Of a DNA stretch of 64,000 bases, positions 54,780 to 64,000 are shown piece by piece. Below the pieces are notes generated by a model. That model did no database searches. It saw only the letters and a program-made list of their open reading frames with translations, and was not told the origin of the DNA. Position 1 is the first letter of the stretch; each line of letters opens with the position of its first letter. The position numbers were made by a program, and so were the translations under genes. Where the stretch lies: positions 504,523 to 568,522 of the forward strand of contig MU058815.1 of NCBI GenBank assembly GCA_013265495.1, given 5' to 3'. The stretch comes from Vicugna vicugna (Eukaryota).

Positions 54780-57700
54780 AGGGTTAACCCCTGTGTCTGC
54801 AAGAAAGGCCCAAAATGAAGAAAATAAAACAGAGACTCAACCAAACCAGAAGGCAAACCTCTGGCCAGTCTGAGTGAGAAAGGAGACACAAATAAGCAGT
54901 GCCCACAATGGACACATGAATCCCACAGACACGCAGCTATCAACATCTGTATATGACGTTCTACGTATATATTTCACACGTAACTGCCCAGGAGAGTCCT
55001 ATGAACGATCTCATGCCAACGCACTTGAAAACATAAGAAGAAGTGAACAATTAGTAAATGACAGCAACCAAAACTCACCCAAGAACGGAATGCAAACAGC
55101 TTTAAAACCTCACAGAGGACATTAAATTCATGATTAAAAATCTATGCTCGGCAGAACAAACAACACAGCAAATACACGCTGTTGCCAAGAAAAAGTGTAA
55201 GACTAGCATCTGATACCAAGGCTGGGCCAGCACAGCTAAGGGAAAAGAAAGCAAATGTCTAAACTCATTTTTTCAACATTCATGCTAAAAATACCAAACA
55301 CTAGCAAAACCACTCTAGCCATATGTAAAAATTAACCAAATATTCATGCTTAAATAGAGGTTATCACTGAGTCCTAAGAATTCTTTTTATGTATTCTTTT
55401 TTATAGTTTAGGTGCAGGCCTCTTACCAACCTCTTACCAAATAGATGACTTGAAAATATCTTCTCCCAATTTTGTGGTTTTTTAAAATCATTTCCCTGAC
55501 AGTGTATTCTGAAGCAGAAATATTTTAAATTTTAATGGAGAGGAGTTCATCCATTTTTGTAGTTGCTTATGCTTTTATGTTATACCTAAAACTCTTTGCC
55601 TAATCCAAGACTATGAAGATTTACTCCTTTGTTTTCTTTCTTCTAAACTAAGAATTTATAGCTTTTGCTCTTATATTTAAGTCCGTGATTCATTTTGAGA
55701 TAAATTTTTACACATGCTGGGGGGTCAGGCCCCATCATCATTCTCTCACACGTGTACATCCACCTGTCCACCACAATTTCTTCAAAGCATTTTTCTTTTC
55801 CTATTGCACTGTCTTGCTACTCTGTTGCAAGTCAATCAGCCATAACTGTGAGGTTGTCCACTCATTTAAGAACAAGGCCCTGCAATGCTCGTTGTAAGCA
55901 CAGCGTAAATGGGCTCAGCTTCTGGACTGACGGTGGGTTTCACTCTATGATAATCAGACATGGACTTGTTTGTTCATTTGTGGAGACCCTAAACTCGGTA
56001 TTTTGTGTTCTTTCTCTTGACTCTGAGTTTCACCAAAGAGGAGTCCTCCAGGGAGGTGTGTATGAGATGCAGACTTGGTTTCCAGCTTTCTGAGAGCTGA
56101 CCTGGAGGACGCAGCATCAGCGTCCCATTATTCACTATGAGGCTGATACCTGAACGCTGTTTCCAGAATGGCACTCGTCCTCACTTTTCCTTAGGACTTT
56201 CAGTTTACATGTAGCCTTTCCCAAGAGTACATCTCCCATCTTTCTCTAAGTCCAGAGAGTGGGAATCTGGAGTGAGGACGAGTGGCATGGTTGCTTGCAG
56301 TTTTTCCTCATTAAAATGTATGTATATGAGTAATCAATTTAAAAAAATCAATCAGTACAATTTAATATAGCAACTGAGTAGAGAAAAGTCATGATCACCT
56401 CAATAGAGTAAAAAAATTAATAAAATTTAGCACTCTGACTTAAAAACAAAAACTTCTCTTAGCAAACTAGGAAGAGAAAGGAAGGCTTGTAACATCATAC
56501 AAGTAATCCCTTAAAAGCCATCAGGAACAGGACACAGAGGCCCTTGTTACCACTCCCATTCAGCGCTGCGTGGGAGGTATCTTAGCCAGTGCAGTAACAC
56601 AGCAACAAGAAGAAAATGATGCTCCTCGTGACAGAAATGAAAACTCTCTGGTACCTAGACATGAATCTATTAAAATTTACACAATTTCAATTTCCTGACT
56701 GTGGTGTTGTATTACAGTTAAGCAAGATGTTACCATTGGGGGAAACAGATGAAGGGTACGTGGAATCTCTTTGCATGTGAACTCTGTATGATTTCAAAAT
56801 ACAAACTAGAAAAAAAAAAGATAAGTAAAGTCTTTATGAAGTTATGTAACTTTACCGAGGGACATAAAAGGTCTAAACGTACAAATGACACACAAGGCAT
56901 ACGGCCGTGAGATTGTGTGTCAGCAGTGCGCCAGCTCCCTCCAAATCCATCCATGAATGTAATGTGTCCCTAATCACAGACCCAAGCCCGCTTTTCGGTC
57001 AAGTCTGATCAGCTAACCTTAAACTCACAGTGAAGAGTCAAGAACAGTGTAGACAATCTTGAAGAACAAGGAGGTGAAGGACTCATTCTAGTCAAGCTCT
57101 ATTATTTTTAAAATTTACTTTTATTTACCTTTCTGTCAGTTATTGATTGATTGATTGATTGATTTGGTGGGGGGAGGTAATTAGGTCTTATTTATTTATT
57201 TTCTTCTAAATGGAGGTAGTGGGGATTGAACCCAGGATCTCCTTCCCACATGCTGGGCATGCACTCTGCCACTTGAGTTACATCTTCCCCCCAAACCCTA
57301 TTGTTAAGATGTGGGGTAAGTGAGGCTCTGGCACAAGGAGAAACAAATACACAGAAATAATAAAAATAAAGCCAGACATAGACCCTATTTAATAAGGGAC
57401 CTTGATATACAAAAGAAGGGAAATTTCCCATCAGTAGGTAAAAAAAGGACTATACAACTAATAAATGTTGGGACAACTGATTGTCAAATGGAAAACAGGC
57501 AAATCAGATCTTTGTGGTAAGAAAGATTTCATTCCCTTAACGTTAACGATTGGTAAGTTTGATTTCAGAACAAGTAAAACTTTCATTAGACCAAAGAAAT
57601 TCACACAAGTGAACAATACAAGCCTCTCTCTGATCAGACTGGAAGTAAGAACATCTTGCTTCACACTTTTAAACAGAATATTAAGTATTTTCATGGCAAC

Positions 57701-57800
57701 AGGCATATGTGGTAAAAGTGCAAACATGAGCAAAGGGAAAGCATCCACCGACTTCAAGACAGTGGCTCTCTCGTCTCGGAGGCAAGAGTAAGTCACAGAT
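54780..57800. mobile_element. Mosaic of highly degenerate L1 fragments (mostly plus; minus segment about 55400-55800)
   Basis: L1-like phrases ('cttagcaaactaggaagagaa', 'ttagccagtgcagtaa', 'agatgttaccattggggga'); boundaries uncertain. Confidence 0.5.
57105..57292 (-). mobile_element. tRNA-Ala-derived SINE with a (TTGA)n tract in its tail, in intron 3
   Basis: ggggattgaacccagga...ctctgccacttgagtta; ggtaattaggt tail. Confidence 0.85.
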
Positions 57801-57822
57801 GGAAGGGGATTCTTAAGCTGCA

Positions 57823-58052
57823 CAGCTGACCCTGAGCAGCACGGGTTTGAACTGCGCAGGTCTACTCACACACAGAGTTTTCAATAGTGATGCTGCAGTA
57901 CTGCATGATCCACAGGTGGCTGGATCCGTGGACGCAGAACCGCACACCTGGAGGAACTGTGTGTCTGGAGGACCCATTATAAGTTACATGCAGGTTTTCA
58001 ACTGCACTGCGTGTCAGTGCCCCTAACCCCCATGATGTTCAAGGGTCGGCTG
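57823..58052 (+). mobile_element. MER8-like (Tigger2 family) MITE, apparently full length
   Basis: Terminal inverted repeats CAGCTGACCCTGAGCA / TGTTCAAGGGTCGGCTG; TA on the right flank; 230 bp. Confidence 0.8.
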
Positions 58053-58663
58053 TATTTGGAATGCTTCATTTCTTTTTAAAAAAATAGATTTGAAGTAAAG
58101 ATACCAAAATGTTAACACCATTACTTCTGGGTGGTGGATACATATGGGATATTTTCTGCATACTTAGAGGAGCTAAAAATAAAAACAGATCAAACATTGG
58201 AAGCCAAGAGGGAGGTAGCATAAATGAGCTGAAGTCTCATACTTCATACTGGGAGAGTCAACAGGTATTGTCTACCATTAGTCAATCAAGAAACAGCCGT
58301 GTAAGCCTACCATTAATAGCCAGGTATGAAGGTAACCTAGAACAGACCCAAAATCAGAAACAAACCGGGGGGGGGAAAGAGCAGGAATGCTGCTTTCCAT
58401 TTTAACTGTCTCATCCTTTGAAATATTATATGTGTGTGTTACTTTGAAAAATGGATTTTTTCTAAAGAAAAAAGGGACAAACCTAAAAATGCCCACACCA
58501 TATCTAAAAGAAAGTTTTAAACTAGGAACTAAAGCAGTTCATTTCTGATCTCCAGAAATTGCTAAAAGTTTTAATTCAGTTTAAAAAGGAACACTATATA
58601 AACCACTTGGGCGAGTTTACCTACAGAAACCAAACACAAGTCCCTGAACAGCAAACCAATTTA

Positions 58664-58759
<96 letters not shown>

Positions 58760-61328
58760 CTACAGGAGGAAACACGGCACAGTGCTCGTTACTGGACAGC
58801 AGCTCCAGCAGTACCCAAACTGCTGTTGTAATGGAGCCGTCATAATGAGCACCTTACTAGAAACAGAGGTCTAGCTGTTGTGGCTGGAAATGACACAGAA
58901 TCACTACGGAGTTTTGTGCACTTAACACTTCACCTACTTCCCCATCTTAGGAGAAAGGCTCTTTTACCCTATAGCTCTGTGAGTGACCGGAAAATTTTGA
59001 AAAATTTTATTTCTATGGTCAGGATTTTTCACTGTGGGAAGCAGGAAGGATAACTGCCACCGGTGTTAAAACAAAAAGACAATCTCTAACACAAAGGGGA
59101 GGAGCATGGCTGCAGGTAAGGGAGCTCGGCCTCTGTCGCACGGGATCACAGTCGGCTAGACCCTAGGTTCTTGCAGACATGAACGTCGTGGGAAGGGATC
59201 AGGTAGAGCCCAGAGCACTGCTTCTACAAGCCACCAGCACAGATTCTGAAGTAACTGGAATATACAAAAAGAGTCTTTCATAGTAATTGTTGTAAAAGGA
59301 TTTAGTTGCCCGGAAATATCTCATAAAAAACCATTTTATTCCTTTTACCCGTTAGCTCATGCATTACAAGTATTTTGACTATTTTGAGTTTTTTTCTCTT
59401 TTCTTGAACTAGGCAAAAATGTAATCTTGAAAACGTAGTCTGGACGTACAGGATGAGATGACGCGCCTGATGAACCTGCCAGCCACAGTGAGGCTTGCCT
59501 TACAGACAGCCCGCTCTCAGTCCTTCCATTTTCACCCTTCTGTTAAATGCTTCTGTGTATTTTCCTCCTAGCACGCAACGCCAGCGCACGGCCGAGAGAA
59601 TATTCACCCGATGCTCAGGCACTGAGTAGTGCTGGCTGAATAAATCAGCCAGTGAATTCCTCATCTGCTCCTGTCAGTGGCTGCACAGCCCGCGCAAGCC
59701 CGGGGTGCCTGCCATGTGCGCTGCCCGCCTGCTGCTGCGGAGACAGACTGGAGAATCGACTCAGGACTGCCTGGTATTCAAGCGACTCTGTGGGCTGGTA
59801 CCACTGAGACGGGCATTTCTTCTGTGCCACCGTAAGTTAAGCTTTAAAAACACTCACATGATTTCTTTTTTCCTTCCACAGCTTTTAGGGTAAGATGTCA
59901 GTGATTACTGAATCTTGCTCTAGCCAAGCTCTGCTTTTAGAGGGTTACTCTAAAATTACGTTCAGGTACCATTTTTTTTAAAATGCATATTTGTGCAGAT
60001 CGATATTTTTAAACTAAAACTAAGAATATTAGGAATGAACAACCCCTTAAAAACTCGGGCTGGAAACCTGTCCCGCGGCCACAGAATCGTTCACAAGGTG
60101 CCCCTAGGCACCAAGGGGGAAGAGCAGAGGCAGGATCCCTGGACTGGGTGGCCCAGCCTTGTGCTCTGTCACAGCGTGCTCTAGGGCACAAGTGTGGCAT
60201 GTAGGAAAACCACGCGGTACTCATGAAACAAAGGTGAGAGTGGGGATCTGAGGTCAAGTTTAGGGCATCTCTCCCCCAACAGAGGTTTAAATACCCATGG
60301 GCATATTGAAGGTTACGAGGAATCACTCAACATGACATCTCTTTAGTCTGCTTTACCCAGGTTTCCGAAACTTAACTACCCTAAGGACCATGTGCTGCGT
60401 GTCCCATGGGCGGACACTGCCTCACCATCTCATGATAAATGTTAACGATCAGGACAGCGGGGCCCAGTCAGTGATACCAGGGAAACAGCTGCCACGTTCC
60501 TGCGGTTCTATTCCCCTTGCACTTTCTCCTGCGAACACTCCAGCAAGTGAAGAACAGCGCAGGGCTCCATCTTTGGGCTGCACTCGGTGCTCCCTTGTGA
60601 ACCAAAGTTTTAGACATTCTTGTGGGAAAAACACCCGTCTACCCTAAGCTTTCCGGCACACTGCGATAGGGGATGGCCGGGGAAACCACCCAAGGGACAG
60701 AAACCACACTGCAGGCAAAACTGCGTCTCCCCTCACACCTGAGGCACAGTTACTCAGCGTTCCTACCTGCGTGAGAAGGACACGTTCCTTTTCCATAAAC
60801 CCCTGGGGTTCCTCATACTAACAGGCCCCAGGTGGGCCGCACCCCGGCTCCTCGGACACTTCTGCTTCCTGAGGTTCGCCTGGCTTGGGCTTGAGCTGGG
60901 CTCCTCACCACACAGAACCCATCAGAACTGGGCCTGGGGTGGGGAGAATTCTTCCCGAACTTCCTTTATGGAGGAGACCATGGGGCAAGCTCATGCAGGC
61001 TTCAGGGGTGCTTTTCCTGAGCAACGCATGTACTCTGTCTGCAGACATCCAAAGTTCTGCAGTTTCCCAAGCTTCCCTTCCTGTGGCTAGCAGGTTTCCA
61101 GACTGCAGTTTACTCCCAGCAAAGCACAGCGGCCTGTAACACGGGACTCCTTTGTGTATTTGTTTAATCCCTGGCTTCCCCATACTTTACTTACCCTGAT
61201 ATTTTCACTCTCCTTGATTTCTTTACATTCCAGAAAATATTTCAACATCTATAGCTGAGCCACCACAAGTTCTTTTCTAAAAGATGTAGCAACTATCATC
61301 ACACACTGAATAATAAAACAGAGATTTA

Positions 61329-61517
<189 letters not shown>

Positions 61518-63123
61518 TTAACACACCTGCATATACTGCTGCCTTTAACCTATTTATTACGTCTTAAAACTAACTTTCAGAGTTCGCTTCATTTCTACTC
61601 ATTCTTTTTCCCATTTCTAACAGAAAGCAATTTCTCCCAACATGAAAAATCTCTAAAGCTGCAGCTTTAGGAATAAAAATTAATCTTTAAAATAAAATCT
61701 GACACAGAATTCCAAAGTCAAACAATATCAACTATCAGATCCTTCAGGTACGTTGTATTTTTACTGGTAGGAAACAACTGGAACAAACATTTCACGGCGT
61801 CACAAGGCTTCCACCACCCCCATGTACCATAATGAGTTGACAATTATTTGCAAACCTGTTTCTACAATTCTTAAAGAGTTCTGCACATCTTACTATATCT
61901 TCTGTATCCCTGGTAAGCCTCTTTCAATCCTCCTTGGAACACGGCAGAGAAAAAAAGGCTTTAAAAATGCTTAAAGAAAAAGCAGGTCTCTTTTTTGCCA
62001 TAGTTCCCCAAAAGTATGTAGTGTTTTCCATTTAAACAGGCATAAAGGTACCTTAGTGCAATTATCCATGTCAGGTCTTCTTTTCAACTGTGCATTTCCA
62101 GGATAAAGACCAGGGTGCCTTTTATGTTTTATATAACTAGACACACTAAGTGCACGTAGAAGATTCCAGATATCAACTAACCCTCCATCAGTCAGTTATG
62201 GGGTGCTATATTCCAATAGGTTATCATTGGAAAGTCATTTAAAAGAGGTATTTAGAAATGTAACTACAAATTATTTTCAAGCATTAGATAGAAAGTGTTG
62301 ATGACTCACCATAGTTTAAAAAAAAAACCCTCAAAAGTAGGGACAAGGAAACTGAGGACATATTCATATACAAACTTTCATGTCAATGTAGAAATAACTT
62401 TAAAACTACATTCATGTTACAGATGTATGGGTACACAAGAATATTCAAATTCTACACACAAGGTGCACAGAAATTAGAAGCAAGAACAGAAAGTTAAGAT
62501 TATTTTTAAAACTTGCTGATCCTCCCCAAATATTATTCATTTAAGAATAAGGACTCTAAAAATCCTTTTGGTTTTCTCAATAATTGGATTCTAGAAGGCA
62601 AACATAGGTCCAAGTGACTAGTTAAACATTCCACTTCACAAAAAAATCATCCTAAGAAAACCTGAAATGTTTAGTGAACTAATAAAAATCACAAATGCAG
62701 CTTCTTTTCTTCCCCAGGAAATGTTACATCCAGGAGGACTTCTCTCAAGACTCACTTGTGGTCAATATCAGGGTATAAGAAGTTACATAACCATAGGGCA
62801 GTCTTCAAAAAGACAGCAACAATACATAGAAGTTACTCATTTCTAAAAAAAAGAAATCTTTAATTTTAGTGGCTCTTCTTAGTCATTTTAATTAGCCTAA
62901 GGTTGGACAACCCCAGATTTGCTCTCTTAACTGTTTTTTCAAAAAGTCCTCATAGGTCTTGTAATGATATGCCTTGCATCATCACCCCCTGCCAATAAGC
63001 AGCAATATTAAGGTTTAAGCAAATTATCAAAAGAAAACTGAGATTCACTTTAAATGAATGTAAGTTCTATCAGCCCAGAGACTTTTGCCTGTTTGTTCAC
63101 TACACTATTCCTAGCATCTAGAC

Positions 63124-63323
63124 CTGTGCTGTCCAATACTGTAGCCACCAGTCACCATTCAACTATTTAAATATGTATCTAAATTAAATTAAATGAAATG
63201 AAAACTTCAGCCCCTCAGTTGCACTAGCCACATTTCAAGTGCTTAAGAGCCACATGTGGTTAGTAGCTACTGTACCAAACAGCTCAGATAGAGAACACGC
63301 AGAAAGTTCTATTGTACAGCGCA
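63124..63323 (-). mobile_element. MER3-like hAT-Charlie MITE in intron 1
   Basis: Terminal inverted repeats CTGTGCTGTCCAATA / TATTGTACAGCGCAG; internal palindrome 'ccacatgtgg'; about 200 bp. Confidence 0.8.
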
Positions 63324-63689
63324 GAGAAATTCAACAAATGTCAAATGAATGAACACCCTCCAAGACTGGCATTTTGATTTCATATTATCTTACACATCTG
63401 AAACAGCTGGTCTTTCAAAAAAAAACCAAAAGAAAACCAACCCTAACTAGTCTTCCTTTAAACATTCACTGAAATAGTTGTATCTTTACAAGACAGAAAA
63501 CGGGACGTATGCGGAATAATGACCAACCTAAAGTATTCGTCTTCCTTTCCAACTCCAGCTCCCGGCCTAAACAAACTCCAGCTCATACAGTTCTCTGCCC
63601 TGTTACCTGCTCCGCAGTTCCAAGGACCCTACTTCCCGAGGATCCCTACAGAATGAGGTTTTCCACTCTATTTTCACCACCCCGCTTTA

Positions 63690-64000
63690 CCGTCAGCCCC
63701 AACGCTGGTTTCTGGGCAGCCTCTCTGCATCTGACAGGACTTAGAGAAGGCCCTGCGTTCGCCAGAGTCCAAAAACCGGGCTCCCGCTTCCGGCTCCCAC
63801 CCGAGCCTCTCCCTACACCCCGTCGCCGGGAAGTGTGTGCGCCCGGGAGCCCTTCCAGCGACGGGCGCCGAGGGTCCGGGCGTGACCCTAGCCAGCCCTG
63901 CCCAGGCCTCCGACCAAAAATCCACTCGAAACGTCCCACTTCCCGGGGGCGAGTGTGGCCCTGGGCCGCGCGCGCCGCCAAGCTCACCTCATACAGCGCC
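63690..64000. promoter_or_regulatory. Promoter-associated CpG island (exon 1 / start of intron 1), truncated by the window edge
   Basis: Dense CpG and high GC next to exon 1; ETS/GABP-like GCTTCCGG at 63786-63793. Confidence 0.85.
63988..64000 (-). CDS. SPTLC1: SPTLC1 exon 1, 3' end only (..A-L-Y-E)
   Basis: Minus strand reads G GCG CTG TAT GAG|gtgagct. It encodes ALYE, is followed by a consensus donor, sits in a CpG island and joins in phase 0 to exon 2. Confidence 0.9.

Overview
Mammalian genomic DNA, most likely from a camelid (alpaca, llama or camel). This is inferred from about ten copies of a tRNA-Ala(AGC)-derived SINE resembling Vic-1. The window holds one protein-coding gene, SPTLC1 (serine palmitoyltransferase long-chain base subunit 1), on the minus strand. 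I reconstructed the last 13 nt of coding exon 1 (right edge) and all of exons 2-15 by hand. All 14 introns are GT-AG, the frame is continuous, the stop TAG is at 18824-18826, and a ~1.3 kb 3'UTR ends near 17490. Exons 2-15 total 1365 nt, which with a 57-nt exon 1 gives the 473 aa recalled for human SPTLC1. Bases 1-17.4 kb are intergenic and rich in LTR, L1, SINE and MIR remnants. The introns hold L1 fragments, SINEs and DNA-transposon MITEs. Nearly all ORFs in the supplied track are spurious, partial exons or L1 debris. I found no evidence for a previously undescribed biological system. The more interesting points are modest: a relic of the human short-isoform terminal exon lacking its AG acceptor, patchy GC/CpG enrichment including an intronic CpG island, strictly alternating intronic SINE orientations, an 8mer miR-137 site, and a young L1 nested in an older L1 with a perfect target-site duplication (TSD). 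Repeat family names and human comparisons come from recall, not database searches.
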